In this document: piece after piece, positions 1 to 9,720 of the stretch | Layout of the letters: each line of letters begins with the position of its first letter | Position numbering within the stretch: the stretch's first letter is position 1 | Assembly: GCA_963748815.1 (NCBI GenBank) | Contig: CAVVKJ010000017.1 | Coordinates: 1 to 64,000, forward strand | Reading direction: 5' to 3' | Length of the DNA stretch: 64,000 nucleotides | From: an uncultured Gemmatimonadales bacterium | GTDB taxonomy: Bacteria > Gemmatimonadota > Gemmatimonadetes > Gemmatimonadales > GWC2-71-9 | Translations under genes and position numbers: made by a program | Notes under the pieces: model-generated | The model's database searches: none | The model's input: only the letters and a program-made list of their open reading frames with translations | Told to the model about the DNA's origin: nothing

Positions 1-2150
1 GTCGCGGCCGCGAGTCCGCTCGCATTCGTCGCGACGGCGGCCACCGGCAGGACGGACCCACCCCCCGACGCAACGGCGAACGTCACCGCCACGCCCGACA
101 CCGGGTTGTTGCTGACGTCGCGCACCAGCACCCGCGGCGCGAGCGGTACTGCGCTCCCGGCCGTGGCGGTTTGGCCGTCCCCTGACTGATCGACATCTGG
201 GTCGGGGCGCCGGCGGTGATCGATACCGCGCTCGAGACGATCGGAGGTCAGGCCCCGCTGCTGAACACCAGCGTCCGGGCGCCGACGGTTCCGGTGACCG
301 ACAGTCCGGCAAAGGTCGCGAGGCCGCTGGCTTCGGTGTTGACGGTGTGGTGCCGCCGAGCACGCCGCCGCCGCTGTTGATGGCCACGGTCACCGGCCGC
401 ACCCCGGAAACCGGGTTGCCTGCCGCGTCCTGCACCTGGACCGCTCGGTTGCTGCGCAAAGGCCACACCGTTCTGCGCGCTCGCCGACGGTTGCGTCGTC
501 ATCGCGAGCGTCGAGGCGACGCCGGCGCCGATGGTGATGACCGTGCTGGTGTCGGGGGTCAGGCTGCCCGAGGTGAAGCGGATCGTGTACGTGCCGGTCG
601 GACCGGTTACCGCGAGGTTGGTGAATGTCGCGACGCCGCTCACCGTCAACGCGGTCAGCGTCCCGCCGAGCGTGCCGCTGCCGCTGGCGAGCGCGGCAGT
701 GATCGTCGTTCCGTTCGTGGTGACCGGGTTGCCGAAGAGATCGGCCAGGCGGACGGCGGGCTGCGTTGCGAGCGCCACGCCGCTCTGGGCGGACAGACTC
801 GGTTCGGTCTGGATCTGCAGCCGCGCCGCCGCGCCGGCCGCCCCGATGCGGAGAAGGTGAGGGAACTGGGCGTGAGCCCGGCCGCGGTGGCCGTGACCGT
901 GTTGCCGCCCGCCATGGTGCCCAACACCCACTACGATAGCGTGGCGATCCCGGAGGCGTTGGTCGAGACCGGCGTGACCGGCAGGATGCTCCCCCCGCCA
1001 CCGACGACGGCGAACGCGATCGACACCCCGGCGACGGGGTTGCCGTTCGCATCCGTCACCTTGACCGAAGGTGGCGAGCCGGCCGGAAGCCCGGCCGTGC
1101 CGTTTTGACTGAGGGGAGAATTGGCGAGCAACGTCGTGGCGGCGGAGGAATTGCCGGTCGCCAGGAAGGTGACCGAGAAGCCCGAGGAGCTGGCGATGAG
1201 CGAGTTGCTGCCGGCAACGGGACCGAGTGTCCAGCGCGTCGCGGCGCGGCCGTTCGCGTCCGTCGTCGCGGAGGTCGGGCTGGTGGAGCCACCACCGGTC
1301 GCGACCGCGAAGCGTGACGTTCCGTCCCGGGCACCCCGTTGCCGCTCGCGTCGAGCAGGCGCACCACCAGCGAATCGGTCAGCGGCGCGCTGACGGCACC
1401 CGATTGGTTGTCACCGCTGACTTTCACGAGCGAGGTCGGCGCCGCCGGCAGCGCCGTCATGGCGAACACCACCGGCGAGCCCTTCAGCCCACCCGCCGTC
1501 GCCGTGGCGCCCTGCGCCCCGGCGGTCGGCCCCAGCGTCCGCTGCGTTGCGGCGGTTCCGTTCGCGGCGGTCGGCGTGGATGCCGGGCTCACGGAGCCTC
1601 CGCCGGTCGGCCCCCAGGTCACCGCAGTTCCACTGACGGAATTGCCGTACCGATCGGTGACCCTGACCACGAGGGAGTCCGTCAGGGGAGCCCCGACCTC
1701 GGCCGACTGGTTGTTCCCCCGCGCCGCAAACACCGTGTCGGCCGCCGCCGCGAGCGCGGTGGCGTCGAAGTTCCGCGTCAGCGCGCCGCCGGAGGTCGCC
1801 CCAATCACCATGGCCTGCATCCGCTGCGCACCGGCGGTGGTCCCCAGGATCCACCGGGCACCCGTCCGCCCATCCGCGTCCGTCAAGCCGGTGTCCGGGA
1901 CCGCGTCGCCACCGCCGAGCGTCGGCGTGAACACCACCTTCACGCCCTCGACGGGCCTGCTCTCGGAATCGGTAACACGGACCCGGGCGGAGTCGGGGAG
2001 CGGTGCCGCAACCGTCGCCGTCTGGCCGTTCCCGGAAACCAGCGTCAGGGCGGCGGGAAGGCCCTCGTTAGGCAACACCAGGTTGTCGCTGCTGCACGTG
2101 ACTGCAGCGGCGGCAAGGACGACAGGCCAGACAAACGGGCGGATCCTCAA
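1..2150 (-). CDS. Ig-like (Big_1/invasin-type) repeat surface lipoprotein; runs off the window; several frameshifts and one in-frame TAG
   Basis: Signal peptide LRIRPFVWPVVLAAAAVTC, then repeated units SGNGQTATV...VRVTD..GNPV.GV.V.F...GGG....TDA.G.A...W.LG..AG across ORFs 1056-2267, 931-1131 and 248-931. TTG start at 2150 is inferred. Confidence 0.8.
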
Positions 2151-2350
2151 GGACAAGGGGCGTTGCTCGGTCTGCGGGGATGGGGCCCAGAACCCCCATA
2201 GCCGGGCACAGGACGTGCCCGATCGGGGGGAGATATCGTACCGCCAAAACCCAGCTCCCGCAACCACTTGCAGAAATACCGAAGGGTGCCGGAACCCTCG
2301 CTATTGCGGAGTCGCGACACCCTTTTGTGGATAACCGGCCAATCAGGCGA

Positions 2351-2980
2351 TCAGGGGATCCCGACCGACAGGCCAAAATTCCAGAGCCGTTCCGTGTAGT
2401 TGTCGGTGTAGCGCCCGCCGAAATAGGACTCGTAGTAGTCCACGGTGGGGACGATATTCACCTTCCGGCTGACCGGAATTTCCCAGCCGGCCCCGGCAGT
2501 CCACATGAAGCCCGAGTCCTCCGAGTAGCCGGCCTGGTAGCAGTAGTACCAGGAGCAGTAGTAGTCCTCGCCAAACGAGTTCCAGGCGTACCCGCCGCCG
2601 CCCTTGAGGAAGAACCCCTGCGTGGTGGAGGGATAGATCTGCGCGATCGCGGCCATGCCGCCGAGCGACTGGGAGTATTGGCCGTTGTCGCTGTACCACG
2701 AAACGAGCTCACCGCCGAGCCGGAAGTGGATATCCGGTGTACCGCCGATTCGCATGTCGAAGGTCGGACTGCTCTGCCAACCGGGATCCGGAGCACCGGC
2801 GGGAACCGAGAAGGATTCGGAGCCGACACCGAACCCGAGGGTGCCCCAGAAACCACTGCGCCGAGTCGGGTTCTTGACGACTTCGAGGCCCTTGGGAGCG
2901 CCGGTCCCCTGCGCCATCGCCTGAGGGGCGACTCCAAGCGCAACGAGGATGACGACGGCGGCCAGCCGACGGACCCGCAT
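2351..2980 (-). CDS. Outer-membrane beta-barrel protein (OmpA/OmpW-like 8-stranded)
   Basis: GGAGG RBS before ATG 2980; signal peptide ending AMA-Q; alternating aromatic strands; C-terminal WNFGLSVGIP. Confidence 0.7.
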   Translation of the reverse strand: MRVRRLAAVVILVALGVAPQAMAQGTGAPKGLEVVKNPTRRSGFWGTLGFGVGSESFSVPAGAPDPGWQSSPTFDMRIGGTPDIHFRLGGELVSWYSDNGQYSQSLGGMAAIAQIYPSTTQGFFLKGGGGYAWNSFGEDYYCSWYYCYQAGYSEDSGFMWTAGAGWEIPVSRKVNIVPTVDYYESYFGGRYTDNYTERLWNFGLSVGIP

Positions 2981-3153
2981 ATGACCTCCAGAATTTCGGT
3001 GACGATGATCGCGTGGGAACTCCTCCCGATAGAGCAAGCCCGATACCACGCGCGCCTTGGCCGCCAAGTCATTACATTGCAACATCTTGACCAGCTAACC
3101 AGGGCCGTTGTCCGGCCGGGGGCGAGCCCCGGTGTCCTCAACGCCAGACAGAC

Positions 3154-3864
3154 ATGACCTCACGGTACCCCCTCGCCTTCGTGATCTTCTCCCTCCTGAT
3201 GGGAGCGCTCTGCCTCCGTCTCGGCGTGTGGCAACTTGACCGCCTCGCGACGCGGCGAGCGTCCAGCGCCTCCGCCCTCGCGCAGCGCGCATTACCCGGT
3301 GTCGATGCCCGCTCCCTGCACGACTCGGCGGGGAATCGGCGGGCCACCGCCATCGGAACCTACGACTACGAACGGGAGATCATCCTGCGGGGGCGCGGCC
3401 GTGGCGGCGTCCCGGGCGTCGAGGTCGTCACCCCGATGCGATTGGCGGGATCGGACTCTGCCGTCCTCGTGCTGCGCGGCTATGTCCCGTCGGCCGACGC
3501 CATCTCCTACGATGTGCGGCTTCACCGGGAGGCCGACACGACGGCCGTCTCCGGCATCGCGATGGCCATCCCGGTTGACGCGGACGGCGCCATGCCGGCC
3601 GAGCGCAACGGCGCCACCACCTGGCGCCGGCTCGACCTCGCGACCCTCCGCGACCGACTCCCCTATCCCCTCGCGCCGGTGTACCTCATCGCCGACTCTC
3701 CGGCGACCGTTTCCCCCGCTCCGACGCGGAGCAGCCCGCCTCCGCTCGACGACGGACCGCACCTCAGCTACGCGATCCAGTGGTTCGGCTTCGCGACCAT
3801 CGCCTTCGGTGGTGCGGCCGCCCTCTGGTGGAAACGCAAGGCGCCTGGAGTGGAAGCGCCATGA
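3154..3864 (+). CDS. SURF1 family protein
   Basis: LG.WQLDR, VVTPMRL, VLVLRGYVP and HLSYAIQWFGFA motifs; two terminal TM helices. Confidence 0.9.
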   Translation: MTSRYPLAFVIFSLLMGALCLRLGVWQLDRLATRRASSASALAQRALPGVDARSLHDSAGNRRATAIGTYDYEREIILRGRGRGGVPGVEVVTPMRLAGSDSAVLVLRGYVPSADAISYDVRLHREADTTAVSGIAMAIPVDADGAMPAERNGATTWRRLDLATLRDRLPYPLAPVYLIADSPATVSPAPTRSSPPPLDDGPHLSYAIQWFGFATIAFGGAAALWWKRKAPGVEAP

Positions 3865-3868
3865 AACG

Positions 3869-3898
3869 GCGAGGGGCGCCTGGCTGGGCGCCCCTCGC
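3869..3898. terminator. GC-rich hairpin between convergent genes
   Basis: GCGAGGGGCGCC-tggctg-GGCGCCCCTCGC inverted repeat. Confidence 0.6.
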
Positions 3899-3921
3899 GT
3901 CGTCCGGACTTCAACGGGCGA

Positions 3922-5208
3922 TCAACTCGCGCCGGGCGTGTCCATCTGCTGGATCGTCTTGGTGGAGGGCGGGCGCGACGCCTGCAGGCGCTTTGCCGTC
4001 GCCTCGTTCGCGCGAATGGCCCGCAACATGTTCAATCCGGCGAGTTTCTTCAGGTCCTCGTCCTTCCACCCGCGCCGGACGAGTTCCGCGAAGAGGTCTG
4101 GGAACATCGAGACGTCGGTCAGCCCGACCGGCGCGTTCGGACCCATCCCGTCGAAGTCGCTCCCCAGCCCGATGTGATCGGCGCCGGCCACCTTGCGGAT
4201 GTGCTCGATATGGTCGGCCACGTCGCTCAGCGTCGCGGGCGGCAGGGGATGCTCGCTCCGCCACGCCCGCATCCCCGCACGGACTCCGGCCGAATCCAGG
4301 CCGGCGGCCATCCCCGCCGCGACCACCGAATCCATGGACGCCTCCCACGCCCCGAACTGCGGATTGACGAAGGAGGGCACGAACGTCACCATCACGACGC
4401 CCCCGTTCTTCGGCAGGCGCTTGAGGATGGAGTCGGGAACGTTCCGTTTGTGGTCGGTAATCGCCCGCGCCGACGAATGGGAAAAGATCACCGGCGATTC
4501 GGCGATGTCGAGCACGTTGCTCATCACCGCGGGGGAGACGTGGCTCAGGTCCACCATCATCCCAAGCCGGTTCATCTCCCGCACCACTTCCTGGCCGAAG
4601 GGCGTCAGCCCGCCATGCTTCGCCGAGTCCTGGGCGGCATCGGCCCAGTCGAGGGTGACGTTGTGGGTCAGCGTCATGTACCGCGCACCGAGATCGTAGT
4701 ACGATCGGAGCGCGCCCAGGGAGTTCTCGATCACGTGCCCGCCCTCCATGCCGAGGAGGGAGCCGATCCGGCCGGCCTTGAAGGCCTGCTCGATTCCGTC
4801 GGCGGTGGTGACGAACTGGAGATCCTTCGGGTACATCGCGATCATCCGCCGCGCGATGTCGAATTCCTCCAGTTGGATCCTCGCGTAGCCCGAGTCCTTC
4901 GCCTCGCCCGGGACGTAGATCGACCAGAACTGCGCCCCGACCTGGCCAGCCCGAAGCCGGGCGATGTCGGTGTTGCCGTGCGTTTGCTTGTTCAGGTCGT
5001 AGGCCTGCACGTCGAGCGGCGCCGTCTCCGACACCCGGATTTCCCATGGCAGGTCGTTGTGGCCGTCGATGAGCGGGACGGTCTTGAGCAACGCTCGCGC
5101 GTGCGTCAGCGCGGCATCTTCCTGCGCGACGGCGGATGTGGTCAGGGCGCCCAGCGCCATCGTGATGCCGACCAGCGCAGCCGCGAGCCTATGTAGATGA
5201 GCAGACAC
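3922..5208 (-). CDS. Membrane (renal-type) dipeptidase, peptidase M19, secreted
   Basis: LIDGHNDLPW, GAQFWSIY, GMEGGH, LTHN, VDLSH, FSHS and IGLGSDFDG motifs; signal peptide; GTG start inferred. Confidence 0.92.
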   Translation of the reverse strand: MSAHLHRLAAALVGITMALGALTTSAVAQEDAALTHARALLKTVPLIDGHNDLPWEIRVSETAPLDVQAYDLNKQTHGNTDIARLRAGQVGAQFWSIYVPGEAKDSGYARIQLEEFDIARRMIAMYPKDLQFVTTADGIEQAFKAGRIGSLLGMEGGHVIENSLGALRSYYDLGARYMTLTHNVTLDWADAAQDSAKHGGLTPFGQEVVREMNRLGMMVDLSHVSPAVMSNVLDIAESPVIFSHSSARAITDHKRNVPDSILKRLPKNGGVVMVTFVPSFVNPQFGAWEASMDSVVAAGMAAGLDSAGVRAGMRAWRSEHPLPPATLSDVADHIEHIRKVAGADHIGLGSDFDGMGPNAPVGLTDVSMFPDLFAELVRRGWKDEDLKKLAGLNMLRAIRANEATAKRLQASRPPSTKTIQQMDTPGAS

Positions 5209-5215
5209 CGTCCAC

Positions 5216-5587
5216 CTATCCCTTCCGGCCGCCATTGCGGCCGAGGTATGGGTTGATTGCCACCAGCTCCGGGCGCTGCTCGAACTCCGGGCAGATCGTC
5301 CGGTCGAATTCGTAGGGGCCGCCGGTTTCCGAGTCGGTCCAGGGAAAGCCCCGGCAGACCAGCGGGTAGAATGGCTCGTCGTGCAACTGACAGGAATTGT
5401 CCTCGAGGAACGCGCACCGCCCACCCTTGACCCGCGTGCGCCACTCCCCCCACCGCGTCAAGTAGATCCGGTCGATCCCGAAGCGGGCCATGATCGCCTC
5501 CGCCTCGTCCTCGGCGAGGGTGGAGCCGTGGGCGCAGCAGGCAGAGTGATGCGGACAGGGAAAACAGGGGAGCGCCGGAAAGGTCAC
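5216..5587 (-). CDS. YkgJ family CxxCxxCC cysteine-cluster (Zn/Fe-S) protein
   Basis: CFPCPHHSACC...GRCAFL..NSCQLH...PLVCRGFP...C; GTGA overlap with the upstream stop. Confidence 0.8.
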   Translation of the reverse strand: MTFPALPCFPCPHHSACCAHGSTLAEDEAEAIMARFGIDRIYLTRWGEWRTRVKGGRCAFLEDNSCQLHDEPFYPLVCRGFPWTDSETGGPYEFDRTICPEFEQRPELVAINPYLGRNGGRKG

Positions 5588-7179
5588 GGTGACCGTCCCG
5601 CGACTTCGGTCAGCACGACACCGTCCAGCGTCTCGGTGGGCGTGGCACCGATGAGCCGCGCCAGCGTCGGGGCGATGTCCACCGCGCGCACCGGCCGAGT
5701 AATGGTGCCAGGCGTGATGCCGTCGCCCCAGAAGATGACCGGCACCTGCACGTCCATGAGCCACGGGGTGCCGTGGTTGGCCCCTGTCGTCCACGAATCC
5801 CACGTCGTCCCCTCGTAGGGGACGACGGCCACCAGCCATCCGAAGCCGACCGGGAGCGTGTGGCGCCAGCGAGCCGCCACCGGATCCCCCACGGGCGCCA
5901 CCACAAGGGACTGCGGGGTGTAGACACGGTCCACGTACGGCTCCCGGCGAAACGCCATCGCCATGCTGCGGCTGAGACTGTCGGGATCGACGCCGCGGGA
6001 TCGCAACGCGACAAGGTCCGCCGTCACGATGCCGTAGTCGAACCGGATGCCGAAATCGGTGCGCCAGCGCTCGCGCAGGTCGCTCGCGACCGCGCGGACC
6101 ATCGCGGCGGGCCAGGCCCGGCCGGCGGGCCGGCCGCGGATGGGCGCCGCCTGCTCGGGCATCGCCTGGGTCCCGTGGTCCGACGTGAGCACGAGCAGGA
6201 TCCGCTCCCGGGGGATCGTCACCGCCAGCGAGTCGAGGAACCACGCCAGGTAGCCATCAAGGCGGAGCAGCATGTCGTGCAGTTCCCGTGAATCCGGCCC
6301 GAAATCGTGTCCGATCTCGTCCGTGGACGACAGCGAGATCGACAGCAGGTCGGTGCGGGCGTCGTCGCTCCCGAGGCCGAGCGCCGCGACACCGGTCAGG
6401 GCAAGGTCGATCGTCAGCGAGTCCATCCAGGGGAAGTGCGGCACCACCTCGGAGGCCTTGGCGACATCGCCGGACAGCTGGTGCGGAAAGGTGGTTCGTC
6501 CATCCCGCCCGTTTTCAGCCGGCAGGCTGTCCGCCTCCGTATAGTCCTCGGCGGGCTTCAGGAGATCCCAGCGACGGCCGGCGAGGGCGCCCATCGGGTT
6601 CCGCCTGTTCCACCCTTCGACCCAGGACGGCAGCGAGTCTCGGTAGTAGCTGCTCGTGGTGAAGAACCCGAGCTTGGACCACCAGTAGACTTCCCCGCGC
6701 GCCCGGCCGATCGGCAGGATCGCCGACCGGTCCTTCATCGCGACGGAGAGCATGCGGGTCGTTGAATCGCCGGCGATCATCCAGTCCAGCAGGGCGGAGC
6801 CCTGAAACCGGCGCGGAGAGGCGCCGACGGCCTTGGGATCGTCAATCAGCGGCGCCAGGCGATCGGGCACGCCAAGGTCGTTCGTGACGATGCCGGTGTG
6901 GGCCGGAAAGCGGCCGCTCAGGATCGTCGAATGGCCCGGCCCGGTCTGCGTGATGGCGTGATCCTGGCGGCCATCGGTGAAGAGGGCTCCGTCGTCCAGC
7001 AGGCGCTCGAACCCACCCGTCCATTCCGCCCGGTACCGCTGCAGGTAGTCCGGCCGGAGTTGGTCGACGACAATGAGGACCACAAGCCGAGGGGAGGAAT
7101 CTGGCGGCGCAGCTGGATGCGGGGTTGGCCGGGGGGCAAGGCTGGCCGCGACGGCGACCGCCAGGGTGGGAAGGAGCAT
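5584..7179 (-). CDS. Alkaline phosphatase family protein (PafA/PhoK-like, Thr nucleophile)
   Basis: VVDQLRPDYL, TQTGPGHSTI, KDRSAILP, STDEIGHDFGPDS, LTSDHG and NHGTPW motifs. Confidence 0.9.
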   Translation of the reverse strand: MLLPTLAVAVAASLAPRPTPHPAAPPDSSPRLVVLIVVDQLRPDYLQRYRAEWTGGFERLLDDGALFTDGRQDHAITQTGPGHSTILSGRFPAHTGIVTNDLGVPDRLAPLIDDPKAVGASPRRFQGSALLDWMIAGDSTTRMLSVAMKDRSAILPIGRARGEVYWWSKLGFFTTSSYYRDSLPSWVEGWNRRNPMGALAGRRWDLLKPAEDYTEADSLPAENGRDGRTTFPHQLSGDVAKASEVVPHFPWMDSLTIDLALTGVAALGLGSDDARTDLLSISLSSTDEIGHDFGPDSRELHDMLLRLDGYLAWFLDSLAVTIPRERILLVLTSDHGTQAMPEQAAPIRGRPAGRAWPAAMVRAVASDLRERWRTDFGIRFDYGIVTADLVALRSRGVDPDSLSRSMAMAFRREPYVDRVYTPQSLVVAPVGDPVAARWRHTLPVGFGWLVAVVPYEGTTWDSWTTGANHGTPWLMDVQVPVIFWGDGITPGTITRPVRAVDIAPTLARLIGATPTETLDGVVLTEVAGRSP

Positions 7180-7226
7180 CGTGGGAATTTAGCCCAGTCG
7201 CCCCGTCACGGCACTCCCGTGCCTCG

Positions 7227-8345
7227 TCACAGCTTGATGAAGATGCGGTGGCGGTAGAGGGGGGCCGTCAGCAGGAAGATCACCACCACGTTGGTGAGGG
7301 CGTACGCCAGCGAACCCGCCATCGGGCCCAGGCCGGGCGCGAACCCCTGCTCAAACAGCCACCTCGGGGCGGGGACGGGTCCCGCCGCTGTTGCCAGCTT
7401 CCACAGCGACAGGCAGCGGGCCAGCAAGCCCGAAAGCACGAACGCGAAGAGTGCATTGGTTCCGAAGACGTAGGCCGGGCGAGCCCAGCGGTCCCTGCCC
7501 TCCACATCAATCACCCAGTAGCAGGCCGCCAACGCTTGGCAGGCGATTCCGGCGGTGAACAGGACGTAGGAGCTCGACCACAACCCCTTGTTGATCGGGA
7601 ACCAGACATTCCATACCAGGCCCGCGACAACGAGCACGGCACCGGTCAGCAGCAATCCAACGGTGCGGTCTGCGGCGGGGCGGTCGGCCAGCAGTCGTTC
7701 CCCGGCGAACGTGCCCAACAGGCAGGTGGCCACGGCCGGCAGCGTGCTGAGAAGTCCTTCCGGGTCGAAGGCGGGGGTCCAGAGATGCCCACCCAGCAGG
7801 AGCCGGTCGAGCCACGCCCCCAGGTTGCCGGTGGCGCTGAGGTCGCCCACGCCGCCACCGGGGACCGGGAGCTGCGTCAGCACCAGCCAGTATCCGAAGA
7901 GCAGTCCGGCGGCGACCCAGCGCCGAGCGCGGACACCGAAACCGAGGAAGATGAGCGCCGTGAGGGCGTACACCACCCCGATGCGCTGCAGCACACCGGG
8001 AATGCGAATCGTGGCGAAGTCGTAGCCGGGAAATCCGCTGAGCAGGAGCCCGACCACGACGATCAGCGTTCCACGGAGCAGCGCCTTTCGAAGCAGTTCC
8101 CTCGGCGTGGCGCCGGCCAGCTCCCGGCGGGAGAACGAGACGACCAGAGAAACGCCGACGATGAAGAGGAAGAAGGGAAAGATCAGGTCGGTCGGCGTCC
8201 ACCCGTCCCACTCGGCGTGCCGGAGGGGCGGGTAGACGTACGACCAGCTCCCGGGATTATTGACCAGGATCATCGCGCCCACCGTCAGCCCACGAAAGGC
8301 ATCGAGTGACCGGATGCGCCCGGTCGTGCCCCCGGTACCCGTCAG
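7227..8345 (-). CDS. Heparan-alpha-glucosaminide N-acetyltransferase-like (NagX/DUF1624) membrane acyltransferase; start uncertain
   Basis: RIRSLDAFRG..VGAMILVNNPG, LRHAEWDG.TPTDLIFPFFLF, IPGVLQRI, FDPEGLLS and PINKGLWSSSY motifs. Confidence 0.88.
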   Translation of the reverse strand: MTGTGGTTGRIRSLDAFRGLTVGAMILVNNPGSWSYVYPPLRHAEWDGWTPTDLIFPFFLFIVGVSLVVSFSRRELAGATPRELLRKALLRGTLIVVVGLLLSGFPGYDFATIRIPGVLQRIGVVYALTALIFLGFGVRARRWVAAGLLFGYWLVLTQLPVPGGGVGDLSATGNLGAWLDRLLLGGHLWTPAFDPEGLLSTLPAVATCLLGTFAGERLLADRPAADRTVGLLLTGAVLVVAGLVWNVWFPINKGLWSSSYVLFTAGIACQALAACYWVIDVEGRDRWARPAYVFGTNALFAFVLSGLLARCLSLWKLATAAGPVPAPRWLFEQGFAPGLGPMAGSLAYALTNVVVIFLLTAPLYRHRIFIKL

Positions 8346-9091
8346 AAGGTGACCTGCAGGCCGGTGGTGTAGAGGTTGTCCGTGGTCCCGAACCCGGGCT
8401 GCGGCGCGTTCTGGTACTGGAGCAGGTAGGAGGCCTTGAGCGCCAGCCGACCGGCGATCGGGGCCACCAGTGCCAGCTCGTTGTTGATACGGTAATCGCT
8501 GCCGTCTTCCAGGTTCGGCAAGTACACGAAGATGTTCTGGAGGTACGCCTTGGGGGTGAAGGCGTACTTGTAGGCCACCTGCCCGCGCGCCGTTGGGAAC
8601 GACGTGCTCACCCCGCTGGTGAAGTCCTGCTGGAAGAATGAGAAACCGCCGTCCAGCGTGAGGTGATGCTTCGGGCCTGCGACGGCCTCGAAGGAGAGGC
8701 CCACGCCCTCCTGAAATCGCTGCGAGATGCCGATGAAAGTGTTCCGGTCCCAACTGCCGAGCACGTACCCCTTCCACCGGGCTGAGAGCTGGTAGTCGGG
8801 GCGCACGAAGACGGCATACTCGTTGGCGCTTTCCACACCGTTGGTTTCGCCGTAGACCATTTTGGCGCCCTGCGTCACCGTCCACTTCCCCTTCGCGTAC
8901 TCGAGCTTCTCGCCCAAGTTAAAGGTCGTCAGGTCGGTGTTGCCGGACGCGGCGACAAGGCCAAGGTCAAGTGTCCCCGTGATCGGCGAGGGCGTGGTGT
9001 CCGCGGCCGCCGCCTGGGCCGAGGCCTGGGCCGGGGGGCTGAGAAGGACGAGGGTTGCGGCGAGCGCGAGCGCAAGACGGGTAGCTGACAT
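8342..9091 (-). CDS. DUF481 (YdiY-like) outer-membrane beta-barrel
   Basis: Signal peptide; ASGNTD motif; terminal TTGLQVTF with Phe. Confidence 0.8.
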   Translation of the reverse strand: MSATRLALALAATLVLLSPPAQASAQAAAADTTPSPITGTLDLGLVAASGNTDLTTFNLGEKLEYAKGKWTVTQGAKMVYGETNGVESANEYAVFVRPDYQLSARWKGYVLGSWDRNTFIGISQRFQEGVGLSFEAVAGPKHHLTLDGGFSFFQQDFTSGVSTSFPTARGQVAYKYAFTPKAYLQNIFVYLPNLEDGSDYRINNELALVAPIAGRLALKASYLLQYQNAPQPGFGTTDNLYTTGLQVTF

Positions 9092-9197
9092 CCGAAATCT
9101 CTCCATCAGGTCGGTGTGTGGCAGTGGGATGCGACGAGGGCGCCCGCCATGGGCGCCCCCGGGACAAGATAGGCGAATGCCCCCTCAAGCGGCAGCG

Positions 9198-9647
9198 TCA
9201 GGCCGCGATCGCCGAGGTGCAATGCCCGCACTTGCTGGCCGCCAGCGGCACCGCCATGCGGCACTGGGGGCAGTCCTTTGTGGACGGCGGAGGCGGGGCG
9301 GCCTTGGCGTCGAACCGGTTGACCAGGCGTACGATCACGAAAATGGACGCCGCCACGATGAGAAAGGTGATGACGACACTGATGAACTGGCCGTAGTTCA
9401 GCGTGGCGGCCCCCGCCTCCTTGGCGGCCGCCAGGGAGGGATAGTCGCTGAGGCCGTCAGTCCCGGGCTTCAGGACAAAGTACAGGTTCGAGAAGTCGAT
9501 GCGGCCGAGTGCCAGCCCCAGCACCGGCATGATGATGTCGTCCACCAGGGACCCGACGATCTTGCCGAAGGCGGCGCCGATGATGACGCCGACCGCCAGG
9601 TCGACGACGTTGCCCCGCATCAGAAACTTCTTGAAGTCTTCCAGCAT
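9198..9647 (-). CDS. mscL: Large-conductance mechanosensitive channel with C-terminal zinc ribbon
   Basis: FKKFLMRGNVVDLAVGVIIGAAFGKIVGSLVDDIIMP; YGQFI; C-terminal CPQC...CGHC. Confidence 0.97.
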   Translation of the reverse strand: MLEDFKKFLMRGNVVDLAVGVIIGAAFGKIVGSLVDDIIMPVLGLALGRIDFSNLYFVLKPGTDGLSDYPSLAAAKEAGAATLNYGQFISVVITFLIVAASIFVIVRLVNRFDAKAAPPPPSTKDCPQCRMAVPLAASKCGHCTSAIAA

Positions 9648-9671
9648 GGGTCCTCCAGGGAGTAGAAATGG

Positions 9672-9705
9672 GCACGCGCCGGAATCTCGCGATTCCGGCG
9701 CGTGC
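9672..9705 (-). terminator. Hairpin downstream of ompA copy 2 (weak U-tract)
   Basis: GCACGCGCCGGAATC-tcgc-GATTCCGGCGCGTGC, perfect 15-bp stem. Confidence 0.6.
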
Positions 9706-9720
9706 TGTCCACCCGTGCGG

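Noticed and set aside
2326..2334. Perfect DnaA box (TGTGGATAA) suggesting an origin
   Set aside because: Single isolated box with no cluster, AT-rich unwinding element or dnaA context.
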